The notes: generated by a model not told the origin, from the sequence alone. Shown: positions 42,570 through 55,800, counted from the stretch's first letter. The stretch is DNA of 64,000 bases from Vicugna vicugna (GCA_013265495.1 MU058384.1:3643239-3707238); one strand, 5' to 3'. Program-made: numbers and translations.

Positions 42570-43720
42570 TTGTGGGAATGTAAAATGATGCAGTCAACAT
42601 GCAAAATAGTCAAGCTATTACTCAAAAAATTAAACATAGAATTACCACATGATCCAGCAATTCCAACCCAAAAGAATTGAAAGCAGGAACGCAAACAGGT
42701 ATTCATACACCCATGTTCATAGCAGCATTTTCATAATAGCAAAAAAGTGGAAGCAACTCAAGCGTTGATAGACTGGTGAATAAACAAAAAGCAGTATACA
42801 TATACAATGGAATACTATTCTGTTTCAAAAAGGAAAGGAATTCTGACACAGGTTACAACATGGATGAACCTTGAGAACACTGTATGCTAAGTGAAATAAG
42901 CCATCCACAAAAGGATAAAATTGTATGATTTCATTTATATGAGGTACCTAGAATAGTCAAATTCATAGGGACAGAAAGTAGAATGGTGGTTGCTGGGGTG
43001 AAAGGAGGGGGCAATAGGGAATTATTTAATGGGTGTGGAGTTTCAGCTTGGGAAGATGAAAAAGTTTGGGCTATGGGTGGCAGTGATAGTTGCAAAACAA
43101 TGTAAATGTACAATGTGAATGCAAAGCCAGTGAACTGTACACTTAAGTAAGCTAGAAAGAGAAAGAAAAATACCATATATCATTCATATGTGGAGTCTTT
43201 TAAAAAAAAGATAAACAAACTTATTTACAAAACAGAAACAAACTCACAGACATAGAAAATAAACTTACGATTACCAGGGGAGAAGCGGGTGGGAAGGGAT
43301 AAATTGGGAGTTCAAGATTTACAGATACTAACTACTATATATAAAATAGATAAACAACAAGGAACTATATTCAATACCTTGTAGTAACTTATGGCAAAAA
43401 AGAATATGAAAACATTATGATAAATCACAGAGAAAAAAATGTGACAATGAGTGTGTATATGTCCATGAATGACTAAAAAATTGTGCTGAACACTGGAATT
43501 TGACACAACATTGTAAAATGATTATAAATCAATAAAAAATGTTAAAAAAAAAAAGAATCTGAAAACAAATATATGTATGTACACGTATGACTGAAGCATT
43601 GTGCTGTACGCCAGAAATTGACACAACATTGTAAACTGACTATGCTTCAATAAAAATATATATTAAAAATTGGTTAGAATGGTAAGTTTTACAGTATGTA
43701 TGAATTTACTACAATAAAAA
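42570..43720 (+). mobile_element. Nested L1 3' ends (three layers)
   Basis: Old L1MB-like element (about 42570-43150, resuming about 43670-43720) interrupted by a younger L1 tail (about 43150-43665), itself interrupted at 43415-43553. Confidence 0.75.
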
Positions 43721-43959
43721 AAGTTTTAGATCTTAGCAAGAGTATTAGTCTAAGACATATATTTACTAAGCTTTTATGTAGAATGAGTGGCAAAAATCTG
43801 AATGATTGATGTAATCTGAACATAGTAGAAAATGCTCTTCATTATTTTTCCTGTGTTCTGGAAAGACAGCGCTGTTAAGAGCGCAGGCCATCAGAATCAG
43901 GGACTTGGGATTGAACCCAGGCTTTGCGCGTTTTACTTGTACAATGAGGAGAGTCTGAC

Positions 43960-44146
43960 ATCCAATTGTCCACTTTCCAATTTCAGCAGGATTAATACTG
44001 TAGGTGAGCTGCACATGTACGGATATTCCCTAGATTATCCATTGGATAAATGGGTTAAATGGGTAGACGTATCCCATAAATGGATATTGGCTCAAATGGA
44101 TAAACGGCTGGATAAACAAGTGCCTCTTCTGTAGGCTCAACTCAAC
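43960..44146. mobile_element. Ancient DNA-transposon fragment (MER105-like) inside a MIR
   Basis: aatttcagcaggattaatactgtag...ttatccattggataaatgggttaaatgggtagacgtatccc resembles the MER105 consensus as recalled. Confidence 0.5.
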
Positions 44147-44601
44147 AGAGCAACATGGGGTATAATAGGTATAATAGAATGTCCTCCTTAAATCTCCATA
44201 GTGATAAGATCTCCCTCAAAGTGTTGTTATGGTGATTAAATGAGGTAACTTGTAACTGTAAACTCTCATTTGGTAGAGGCTATTATTTTCCTCCTGTGCT
44301 TTCTAGCTTGGCTCAAGTTCTAACCTTACTTTCCCAAGGCAGATATAATTTAACTCTTTAGTTCCCACTTGTCTTAATTCTCTCCCTTAACCTTTATCAC
44401 TATCACCAAGGAATGGGGTTTCCCGATGCTGTTAGGACTCGGCTAATTTTTCACTCATGTACTCCTTAAAAGAATTTAGAAAAATTATGAACCCTACACA
44501 GGTTTTAAGTTGCCTTCTAAAATGTTTTCTCGTAAGTTTAAATAGCTGTAAATGATGTAATTTCAAGCTTATTGAAAAACAATGTCATTTTAAAATTCAA
44601 A

Positions 44602-44710
44602 GCAGGGAGGGTAATAGCTCAGTGATAGAGCACACACAAGGTCTTGGGTTCAATCCCCACTACCTCCATTAAAAAATAAATAAAATAAAAAATAAAAAAT
44701 ACTTTTAAAA
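44602..44710 (+). mobile_element. tRNA-derived SINE, vic-1-like, with internal deletion
   Basis: gggagggtaatagctcagtgatagag...gggttcaatcccc plus A-rich tail; TSD taaaattcaaa at 44591-44601 and 44711-44721. Confidence 0.8.
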
Positions 44711-44787
44711 TAAAATTCAAAATATTTTATTATTCCTAAATGTGACCAATGAACTCTAAAAACAACAGCCATTTGATTCACCATTAT

Positions 44788-45362
44788 TGTATTAGTTATC
44801 AAGTGCTGTGTAACAAACTGTCCCTAAACTAAGCAGTTGAAAACAACCATTAATTTTCTCACAGATTCTCTGGGTCAGATCACTCAAGCCGTCTCACAGG
44901 ACTGCATTCAAGGGATCAGCCAGGGTTTCAGTCTCACCTAAAGACTTGGCTAAGGAGGATCTGCTTCCAAGTTTACTCACATACTTGTCAGCAGGATTCA
45001 GCTCCTTGTGCACTATTGGACTAAGGGCTTGGTTCCTTGTTGGCCAACGGCTGGAATCCTCCCTCAGTTCCTTGCCACATGGGGCTCTCCATAAAGTAGT
45101 TCCCAATATGACAACTGGCTTCCCTCAGAACAAGTGAGAGAGAAAGAGAGAGAACAAAAGAGGATGAAGAAGATGGAAATCACAGTCTTTTGGTTACCAC
45201 AGTCTTTTTCTAATGCTGGAAGCTGCATCCTTTTTGCTGTATTCTCTTTGTTAGAAGTAAGTCATTAGGTCAAGCCCAGTCTCAAAGGGATGGGATTACA
45301 CAAGAGCATAAATACCAGCAGGCGGGATCACTGGGGGCCATTTTATAGAAGCTGCCTATGAC
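44788..45362 (-). mobile_element. ERVL-MaLR solo LTR (MLT1-like)
   Basis: tgtattagttatc...gtaacaaac...ctcacagattctctgggtcag antisense MLT1 signature. Confidence 0.7.
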
Positions 45363-46456
45363 TATAAGCAATGTTTTTAAATGCCTGAAGGTCATCTTTA
45401 ACTTAGAAAATTTTATTTCTTTTTCTCTTTGAAATCATAATTTCATTCTATTATTCCTTTCTGAATCTTGCTCTAGTGTAATATCTATATTTACCCTTAG
45501 AATTATTTTACTGATTTCCTTATCACATGTCACTATAAGAAAAATACACATTTAAACTAAAACTTTAATTTAAAAAAGTTCCCTATAACCATATGGTTTG
45601 GGGGATTATCTTTTTCTAGGACTAGCTGTCATTCATTTATTGTTAATACTAGTATTATGACTAGTATTATTGATCAAAATGATATGAATAAGTAATAAAA
45701 TTTGACAAATAATTATTAAATACAAAAAGTAAAATGCCATTGGAAATTATTTAAAAAAATTTTTAGTTAATTTCCCCTTTCTTGGGTATGACTTATTCTT
45801 AGAACTAATCAGGGCCACTAGTTAAAGAGGGGCTAGTGATGTTCACTGATGATAATAAGTGCCTTATTTTTAGGTGAATCTGTATCATATTCCCATTAAA
45901 ACAATCTAAACTTAATAGGTACATAGTAAGAATAAGAAGTGAGCAGAGAAGTGGCTGATGAATGATAGAGTCGAAGTAAAAATTAATATGGATTTAGATT
46001 CTTTAAAAAACTTTGGTGAAAGTTAATAAAAATGTTTCCTCTGCAAGTCTGACTAAATGTTCATGTAAATAGAAAACACCAGCTTCTTCCTAAAGAGCCA
46101 AAAACAAAAAATCTGAACACTTTCCCTCCATACCAGAAGCACAGCAAAGATGCATGTGTAGAGGGCACAGGAGAGAAAATTTGTAATATGAAAACCACAT
46201 CTCCGTTTCTTTTTTTGCCCCCACAAACTGGTAATAAAAAGAAGGAGTTGAGCAACACAATAGAAAGTACATTACTTTCAGGGTTCTTCTCTACTGAAAC
46301 TGCAAACCTTGGCTTAATATGAATTCCATTCAACACAGTGACACGTGTACTTGGAAGTGAGGCAATCAGCATCAAGTTCACATGGGTGTGACGAAACTCT
46401 CATTCCTGCATTTGGTTATAAAAAACTGTAATTGGTGTGATAAAGATGTCTCAGCT

Positions 46457-47091
46457 TTATTCCATTGTGTATTCTTGCCTTCTTTATCAAAGATTAGTTG
46501 ACCAAAAGTTTATGGGTTCATTTCTGGGCTCTCTACTCTGTCCCATTGGTCCATATGTCTGTTTTTGTACCAGTACCATGCTGTCTTGATGACTGTAGCT
46601 CTATAGTATTGTCTGAAGTCTGGTACAGTTATTCCTCCAGCCTCTTTCTTTTTCTTCAGTAATGTTTTGGCAATTCTAGGTCTTTTGTGGTTCCACGTAA
46701 ATTTTATTATGATTTGTTCTAGTTCTGTGAAATATGTCCTGAGTAATTTGATAGGGATTGCATTAAATCTGTAGATTGCCTTGGGCAGAATGCCTTGCCA
46801 TTTTAACAATATTGATTCTTCCAATCCAGGAGCATGGGATGTCTTTCCATTTTTTAAAGTCTTCTTTAATTTCCTTCATCAATGGTTTATAGTTTTCCAT
46901 CTCTAAGTCTTTCACCTCCTTGGTTAGATTTATTCCTAGGTATTTTATTACTTTGGGTGCTATTTTAAAGTGGACTGTTTCTTTACTTTCTTTTTCTGTT
47001 AATTCATCATTAGTGTAAAGAAATGAAACTGATTTTTGAACATTAATCTTGTAACCTGCTACCTTGCTAAATTCTTCGATCAGCTCTAGTA
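46457..47091 (-). mobile_element. Young L1 ORF2 fragment (post-RT region), with one frameshift
   Basis: [21 protein letters not shown]...[14 protein letters not shown]...[17 protein letters not shown] then [15 protein letters not shown]...[14 protein letters not shown], canonical L1 ORF2. Confidence 0.95.
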
Positions 47092-48003
47092 NNNNNNNNN
47101 NNNNNNNNNNNNNNNNNNNNNNNNNNNNNNNNNNNNNNNNNNNNNNNNNNNNNNNNNNNNNNNNNNNNNNNNNNNNNNNNNNNNNNNNNNNNNNNNNNNN
47201 NNNNNNNNNNNNNNNNNNNNNNNNNNNNNNNNNNNNNNNNNNNNNNNNNNNNNNNNNNNNNNNNNNNNNNNNNNNNNNNNNNNNNNNNNNNNNNNNNNNN
47301 NNNNNNNNNNNNNNNNNNNNNNNNNNNNNNNNNNNNNNNNNNNNNNNNNNNNNNNNNNNNNNNNNNNNNNNNNNNNNNNNNNNNNNNNNNNNNNNNNNNN
47401 NNNNNNNNNNNNNNNNNNNNNNNNNNNNNNNNNNNNNNNNNNNNNNNNNNNNNNNNNNNNNNNNNNNNNNNNNNNNNNNNNNNNNNNNNNNNNNNNNNNN
47501 NNNNNNNNNNNNNNNNNNNNNNNNNNNNNNNNNNNNNNNNNNNNNNNNNNNNNNNNNNNNNNNNNNNNNNNNNNNNNNNNNNNNNNNNNNNNNNNNNNNN
47601 NNNNNNNNNNNNNNNNNNNNNNNNNNNNNNNNNNNNNNNNNNNNNNNNNNNNNNNNNNNNNNNNNNNNNNNNNNNNNNNNNNNNNNNNNNNNNNNNNNNN
47701 NNNNNNNNNNNNNNNNNNNNNNNNNNNNNNNNNNNNNNNNNNNNNNNNNNNNNNNNNNNNNNNNNNNNNNNNNNNNNNNNNNNNNNNNNNNNNNNNNNNN
47801 NNNNNNNNNNNNNNNNNNNNNNNNNNNNNNNNNNNNNNNNNNNNNNNNNNNNNNNNNNNNNNNNNNNNNNNNNNNNNNNNNNNNNNNNNNNNNNNNNNNN
47901 NNNNNNNNNNNNNNNNNNNNNNNNNNNNNNNNNNNNNNNNNNNNNNNNNNNNNNNNNNNNNNNNNNNNNNNNNNNNNNNNNNNNNNNNNNNNNNNNNNNN
48001 NNN
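47092..48003. other. Assembly gap (912 N)
   Basis: Run of N. Confidence 1.
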
Positions 48004-48350
48004 AAAAAATAAAAATAAAAAACAAACAAACAAAGCATAAATACAAAACAGAAACAGACTCATAGACATAGAATACAAACTTGTGGTTGCCAAGGGGGCA
48101 GGGGGTAGCAAAGGACAGACTGGGATTTCAAAATTTGTAGATACTGACAGGCATATGCAGAATAGATAAACAAGATTATACTATATAGCACAGGGAAATA
48201 TATACAAGATTTAGTGGTAGCTCACAGTGAAAAAAGTTGTGACAATGAATATATGTATGTTCATGTATAACTGAAAAATTGTGCTCTACACTGGAATTTG
48301 ACACAAAATTGTGAAATGATTATAACTTAATAAAAAATGTTTAAAAAAAA
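48004..48350 (+). mobile_element. Young L1 3' UTR with AATAAA and poly(A)
   Basis: acagactcatagacatagaatacaaacttgtgg...aataaaaaatgtttaaaaaaaa; closely similar to 43415-43553. Confidence 0.88.
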
Positions 48351-49639
48351 GTCTCAGCTCATTTAGAGTAAACATAGAATGCTTTCATTTTCCAACTATC
48401 TAATCTCTTCATGCTAGGTCACGGGACTCAGTCTCCCTCGTGTGATTATGACACTTGAGTACTTAGCAAAGTATTCGTGTTACAAAGCTCAGGTCCCAGG
48501 AAATGCTGATGGGAGTTGTGCTATGGAACTCATACAAAAGCAGGTTAGACTAGGTAATTTCTTTCAGTTTACATACAAGGAGTGACTTTAAAAACTCTGC
48601 CATGGCTGTTAATCCTGGCTGCTCAACACCCCTCATTCCCTCTCCTGGAGCAGCAAACATCTGTTCTCTCTATCTCTCACTACATGGGCCTGGGTTTAAA
48701 ACCAAGATTGAGCCTCTGGCAGAACTCTGATCTAGATACAGCGTTATTCCAGAACCACCCATAACCCTAGCCACACTGGTTATTCCCTGGCACTTTTTTC
48801 TAGTTGCCTTGCACTTGGAGGAGAAGCTGGCCTGAATATCCCAGTGAATATCCTAGAAGTAATGGACTTAGAATTACCAGGATATGGGCCTTATAAAAGT
48901 TCTTAGCTCCAGTGGACTTCACCCCACCAGCCTTAATGGACTTCTTCACTTACAGAAGTCAGATGTACTGAAATTAACTTCCCCATCCTCTAAAGCTTAG
49001 TACTTAAGAAATTAAAAATCAGAATAAGCCTAGACTACAAAGGGTAAGAACTGTCCAAGTCTGAAATAAGAATCCCAGAAGAACAGAAGGCAATGAGCTG
49101 TTGATGGATTTTTAAATATTTATAAACGTGAGACTATTTTGCAGTGTGAGGTAATATGTTCTACAGATAAAAGTTTCTATTCTGCCCAAAAAGGGCTTGG
49201 AGTGCTGTGACTCAGACAGACATATTAGAAGTCTGTTGAACTGGAAATGGCATTCAGAGATCTCAGGGCTCAAGAAGGATTATCTGAGACTTGTGTATTA
49301 TAAACATGATTCAATTGAAATCAGGAAGCTTTGGTTAAGTACGTGAAATATAAAGAACTGGAGGTTGACTATTGTACTTGAAATTGTTTTATCCAGAAGG
49401 CAGGGTCTGTGAATGTATTTGTATGAAGCTAAAAGTAGTGTAAAATAAACTTTAAAAAATAATGTATTTTTTTTTCTGAAATCAGATATAAGCTTAAAAA
49501 AATTAATAAGCCACGAGAGAAGAATAGGAACTTCAAAGGGACTTCAAAGATAGGAAATAGGCAAAGAACTTCAAAGAGATAATGGGGGAAAAAATGACAG
49601 TTTTAAATATTGTCTAGTTTTAAGTAAAACCTATGATTA

Positions 49640-50480
49640 TCAAAAATTTTAGAAGTAGGATTGCTAGGCCCTGGGTAAATGTATATAGTTTGGCTAGATA
49701 TTGTCAAATTTCCCTCTGAAGGTAGTTTATCTTTTTATTATTTCACCAGAAATGAACGAGTGCCCATTTTCTTATTGCCTCATCAATGGAGTGTATTGTC
49801 AAAGTTTTGGACTTTTGGCAACATAGTAAGTGAAAAATGGAATACTAGTAAAATTTGAATTTGCATTTGCCTCGTTATGAATAAGGTTGAGCATCTTTTT
49901 ATAAGGGTAAAAGAAACCTGTATTTCCATGTTTATGAATTGCCTATGGCTTTCTATAGCTCATTTTTCTATAAGATTTTTGGTCTCTTCTCTGTTTTTAT
50001 GAGCTGTGCTATCAGCTGTAGATATTTTTTCCCAGTTTGCTATCTGTCTGTCTAGTTTGTGATATATTTTGCCATAGAAAGGCTTTTTATTTTTATTTTA
50101 TTAAGTTTAGCTATTCTTCCTTTTTAGTTTTTGAATTTTGAGTCATAGTCCTGAAAGTTTTCCTTGCTCCTAAGTTGAAAAGAATAAACCCATATATTCA
50201 TTGAGTACTCACATAGTTTCATTTTTTATAATTAGATCTCATATCCATCTGGAATTTTTCTTGGTGTGTGGTGTGGGAAAAGAATCCAATTTTATCTTTT
50301 CCATATGTCTTTGCAGTTATTTCAACACCGCTTTTTAAAAGTCCGTCTTTTCCAATAATCTAAAAGGCTGTTTTTATCTTATACTAAATTTTCCTATGTA
50401 ATTTGATCTATTTCTGGATTTTCTATTCTGTCTCATTGATCTGTCTATTTATTCATTAAGCAGCACTGTTAATTTTAGAA
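49640..50480 (-). mobile_element. Old L1 fragment (L1M-like), degenerate
   Basis: Antisense ORF2-end-like sequence (atccatctggaatttttcttggtgtgtggtgtg); boundaries approximate. Confidence 0.6.
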
Positions 50481-51202
50481 GCCTATGTCTTTAACAACTG
50501 TAGTGTCACAAAAAATAGCTGTGACATCTATTCAGGACAAAGTCACAGCTACTTTCCTGTGGAGTGACCTCAGCTGTAGCTCCTGGCCTTTGAGGGCTCT
50601 TGGTTTCTGCCTTTTCTGAGCCTGGACACCAACCCTGCATTGTTGCATGAGCCCCAATATCTTCACAAAAAGGTCATTTTTTTGGTTTTGGAAGTGAGAC
50701 TTGGTTTTCGTTGCTTACACAAAATCTCTTACTGTGGCTCTGCATATGTGATTGTCATGATTTGTTTATCAAAATTGAAGGGATGCCTTTAACTTTGTAT
50801 TAAAACTGCTATAACTTCTCAGAAATAAAAATTTAAATATTGGCAACTATACTTTCAAAAAGAAGCAAATCAAAGATTCTATTAAAAATCATTTCAGCTT
50901 GGGGAGACTTGAGATGCAACAAGATCACTGCTTGTTCCCAAGGCCAGGCTTGGCATGTTACAGAAGCATCTTAACTTTATAAATTTCTATACCAAGCCAT
51001 AGTTTTCTTTCTAAAATATATATGGGATCATATTACTCTGCTGCTTAAAATCCTTAAATGTCTCCTTTTCTTATAGGATGAAATTAAACTTAAACTTACA
51101 TGAAGATGCTTCAAAATCACGCCTCAGCCTCAGTTTCTGTATTTGTTTCTTAACAACTAGCATACCACGCAAGCATTCTAGTAATAGTGGTAGTTGTGGT
51201 AG

Positions 51203-51725
51203 TGAGAGAGGAAATTAGGTAGGCTTACTGACCCTGGCTGATTAACAACAACGGGCAGGAAGTGCCCAGCTGATGAAAGGACAGGACATTTATCTCACAA
51301 TTGGCTCCTTAGATCCCCAAGATATACCCCAATATCCCGTCCTCTGTTCCCACCAAAGTTTCTGCTAACTGTCTTTTGTTTCAGGGCTGAACTCTGAGGG
51401 AGGATGAAGCCTACAGTAGAAAATAATTAACACCACCGAAATGAAGACAGTGATGGCAGAGCCTTCTAATAAAAGACCCCACAGCCCGGCCAGTAGCTGG
51501 AGCTGTCTCTACCAGCTACTTGGCTGATGGCTCCCAACTCGTGTTTGGTTTTCCTTTTTTTCCTCTCTGAACAATAAGAGCAGTTCTTTTTCACTTTGTC
51601 CCTCTGCCTCATTTGAGAATTCTTTCTCAGTCTGTGGACAAGGATCCACGTATTGGGGGTGTAGGGGGAGACTTGTGCACCCATTTGGTAGGCTTTTTGA
51701 TTTGGAGTCCCCCCATCCACTAACA
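51203..51725 (+). mobile_element. ERV solo LTR (ERV1-like)
   Basis: TG...CA termini; 4-bp TSD gtag at 51199-51202 and 51726-51729; TATA-like taataaaa near 51467. Confidence 0.75.
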
Positions 51726-51768
51726 GTAGTAGTAGCACTTGTAGTAGAAGCAGTTTCGTAGAAATAAT

Positions 51769-52244
51769 TGTTACCCACCTGGGTTCTTGGACTCTTTAAT
51801 CAATAGAAATTGATAAGAGGCCAGGAGAGGAATTCAGGCAACGCTTTACTGGGACTCGTGCTGCCGCACCAGGGAGTGAAAACAAGTAACAAGTTCCCTT
51901 GCTCACTCCCCGAGGTGGGGCAAACTGGTCCCTTAAATGGGATGAGGGTAGAGGTGGAGCGGTGGGCTGGGCCAGAGGGGTGGCCGAGGTGGTCTGCCCA
52001 CTGCATTGGTGGTGCTGTGTGCACAGATCATGCATAGTCCCCTGCTTTTGCTCTGGGCACCTCAGAAGTGGCAGTTGGGTTTTGGCCTTTTTGTACCTTA
52101 TTGTTGATAATTTGCCCCAATTGAGCATGCATGCAGTTATTTATAATCCCTTATAGCCCCTTTGTATTCTGTTGCGCAAGGAGAGGAGACATCTGTCCAG
52201 GTGCAAGCACTGCAGTAAAGTGCCCCGGGTCCCAGCCTATCTCA
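51769..52244 (-). mobile_element. ERV1 solo LTR (MER41-like, artiodactyl type)
   Basis: TG...CA termini; 4-bp TSD taat at 51765-51768 and 52245-52248; minus strand starts TGAGATAGGCTGGGACC and has an AGTAAA poly(A) signal; family name from memory. Confidence 0.78.
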
Positions 52245-52627
52245 TAATGAGGAGCAATAGAGGGCTGGTGGTGGTGGTGGTGGTACAACTACAAGACTAT
52301 AATTACTATGAAACTATTACTATGGCTCGTTTACATGTATTAGTACTTGAACTGCTGGCAGTTTTCTAAAATTCAACATATCACTCATGTTTGTACATTT
52401 TTGCAAGCTTTTGTATGGACCTAGAATTGGTCCACTTGGACTGGTATAGCTCCTACTCCCACTCTATATTCGATTGCAGCTCAATCTCTTTACATACCTG
52501 TCTCTCCAGTACAAGTGAGGTCAATTGGGAGCATACTTTATTGTTTAATACTTAAATCTTAGTATAGAGCTAAATGAATGAATACAAATCCTTTGAGGTA
52601 TTATGGCAAACACCTTCCTTTCTATAA

Positions 52628-52800
52628 TAGCTCTGTCCAGTAGATTTTCTGCAGTGATGGAAATGTTTTACACTTGTGCTGTCCAATAAAGTGGCCACTA
52701 ACCACACAGGCTACTGAGTACTTCAAATGTGGCTATCGTGACTGAGAAATTAAATGTTTAACTTGATTTAATTTTAATTAATCTAAATTTAAATAGTTAC
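52628..52800. mobile_element. hAT-Charlie MER3/MER33-like fragment
   Basis: ctgtccagtag...gtgatggaaatgtttta...gctgtccaata...cttcaaatgtggct signature. Confidence 0.65.
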
Positions 52801-55800
52801 TTTTTTTTTTTTTACTTGTGACTTTTACTTCAGCCATTTCCTGAACCACTCCCTTGTCATTTATACTTAGGCTTAAATATTTGCTAGATTAAGATGAGTC
52901 AAAAGAAGAAGGTATATGGTGAGTGCAATAAAAAAAAAACCCAAGTAAAAATATTTTTTGTCTAAGTAGTTTAACAGATTGGATGCCATCATAAATTTTA
53001 CAGGAGTCATTCAATATAACATATAGTTTATTCAATGAAGTAACTTATTCCTGATATTTTAAGTCTTTTATAAGTAACGCATTGTTTTTAAATGTTTTAG
53101 AATAGAATTCAAGGTGAGCTTTTTTTTTCTTTTTTGTTTTTTTAAATTTCTTTTTTTTTTCCCAAGGTGAGCTTTTATACTAAAAAGTTTGGGGGTGTTT
53201 TTATCCACTTGTATGGCTTCTGCAAGAGGAATAGTAGGACAGATTTCTATGCTTGTCTGTGGAGGATCATTTTACTCAAATTTAGAATTTATGACAATCT
53301 CTTTAAGTGTTGAAGATCTTAGTACTTTTGTAGCTGAACTCCAGTAACTTTGTCCATTTTTAAGCATGTATTGAATCACTTAAAGATGAAAATAATCCCA
53401 AGATCTCTTGATAACAAAATTACTTCATCAAATCCTATAGGCATATTGAAGGCGTCCTGTTCTTAAATGTATTTAAATCATTATCTCTGGGGTTGGGGCT
53501 TGAGGGTGGAGGGTCTGTATTTGTGTAAAACTCCTCAGGTGAATCTGATCTGTGTCCCGGCTAAGAATAACTGCTTCAGGAGTTTGCTGAAGCTGATAGA
53601 GTGAGAATTAGAAGCTACCGGATATACAAGCGAGCCAGGTTCGCCTTCCAGGAGAACAGAGTTTTCTTGGAGAATTGAGAAACCCAAAACATCATTTTAC
53701 ACTAAAACAAATTAGCACTAATTATGAAATAAATGGCAAACTTCAAGACAAAACAGAGGTATCAAACACAAACCATATTCACCCTTGTTTACTTTAACCT
53801 CAGATTATTTCCCAAGACTGCTCTCCCTGGCTTCTGACGGAAGAGTTTAGAAACACAGCTACTGTACACAGCTTCCAGAATAAGAAGGAAGAATGGTTTT
53901 TTGACATGATATTTTAATTCCAAATTTGGTAGAGAGACTTCATCTTAACTTCTCATTACCCTTCTTTTAAAATTTATGCAGTTGTTAAATGAACTGGTTG
54001 CATGTCCTTATACTACAATGGAAAAAGCAGGCTGTTTGGTATTTTCTGATGCGGTTGTTTTATCCTCCGATTACAATAAGCAGCACAAGCTCTGGATTGG
54101 AACCCTGGTCTTGTCACTAACTCCTTGCCTGACATTGGGTAACCTCTTTCCTCCAGGCTCCTGGCTTCTTCATTATAAAGATGGGAGATGTGAGATATGC
54201 ATATACAGCAGTTACCATGGTGATGGGCACTTGTTATTTTTTCAAATGGAAATGGCTCTAAGATACATTTGACCATGCTATTACTAGAAAATGAACTTAG
54301 CATCAGTTACACGCGTATTACTTTATTTGTGCAAAAAAACCCAAAACCAAACAAAACCAGCCATTTACCTGTAGAGTTTCCCATAGTCTAGAATTACTCA
54401 TTGTACCTAAGGAGGATTTTAACCTGTTTTTGGGTCCTCTATATTTCCTGGAATTAGTTGTTGAATCTCAGCTTCAGATTCTAGGGCCTTGATGAGATTC
54501 ATGCCTCCTGGCTTTGGTATGACTGTCTCATAACTGGTGGTCTGTTTTTCTATCAGGAGGCACATGATAGATAACTGGTTCTTTCTCCTTTAGTGATGTT
54601 AGTAACTATTGATCATCCATACCTGGATCCAAATTCACTGAGTTGCAAATGGTGATATTCTAACTACCTTAGAATCTTTATATATATTAGATGAAATATT
54701 TCCATAAAGATAACATTCCTTCATTTGCTCTTTGTTTACCCAGTAGTATTTTCATTCTTTACACATTTCAGTTCAGTATAAGAACTGGTATCTCAACAGA
54801 ATACTTAAACACAGCACACTAGGGCTTTAAAGGATTTTCATTTTAATCTAATTCACCACTTTATTTTATGGATGAAGAAATAAACTCAAAGAGGTTAAAT
54901 TAGTTTTCTAATTTCTAAAAACTCATTGGTAATTATTAGAGTCTCCACAGGAAACAGGATAATTTAAGGTAGGTTTATTTACAAAAGGACTAATTGCAAA
55001 GGTGTGGAGGGGATTTGGAAAGCTTTAAGGGATTGTGCAGGAACTTGGAGCTAGTAACTTCAGAGGTATCATTCTTAGGTGCCAAAGGACAAAGTGAGGG
55101 ACAAGTATGAAAGCCTGTAAGTCCTACAGGATCTGCCATCTTGAGAAGAGCAACAAGTTCTACTGAGGAACACAGCCAGCCTGATGTGTCCCAATATCTG
55201 TCCTTCCTCAGGTCCCCTGCTTAGATGTCCCACTGCCAAACCCAGTTGGTAAACAGAAAGCAAGGAAACCTATTGATTTAATTCATACAGAATAGCCTCC
55301 AGGGGTGGAGACTATGGGGATATGAACCAAGAGTGGATCTGGAGGGGAGAACTCAGGAACAGAGGGGCAAGGCAGGATTGGAGTCATATTCTTGCTCATA
55401 CTCTACCATTCTACCATGCATCCAAATGTTTGTCTACATCTATAGATCTTATATTTGTAGAAATAATTCATGGTCCAGGATGTTATCTTCCTCTAGAGTG
55501 AATTTTGTTTACTGGATGCCTGGAATCACCTTAATCTGATTTCAGGGTTCGAGACTTTTTTCTGGGTCACTCAGATGTCTAGAGGAAGGGTTGCTGCCTA
55601 TGAAAGGGTCATTTCACTTACAGTTCACCCCTGTTTCTAGACTGTCTAACATCCTTACTTTTTTTTCATACTTTCAGGTATCAAGAATGCAGTTCAGCCT
55701 CCCGGCTGCCTAATTCAAGTCCACAAAAAGTCCCAGGCCCAAAGGAGCCCCAACTGGAGGCACACCTCTGAATCCCTGTTCCTCCTTCCAGAATCTGGGC

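Noticed and set aside
44036..44120. Palindrome TTATCCATTGGATAA and repeated TGGATAAA motifs
   Set aside because: Most simply explained as internal sequence of a known ancient DNA element (MER105-like)
46763..48111. Long ORFs of 323-427 aa in the ORF track
   Set aside because: Artefacts of translating through the N gap; only the L1 ORF2 part is real
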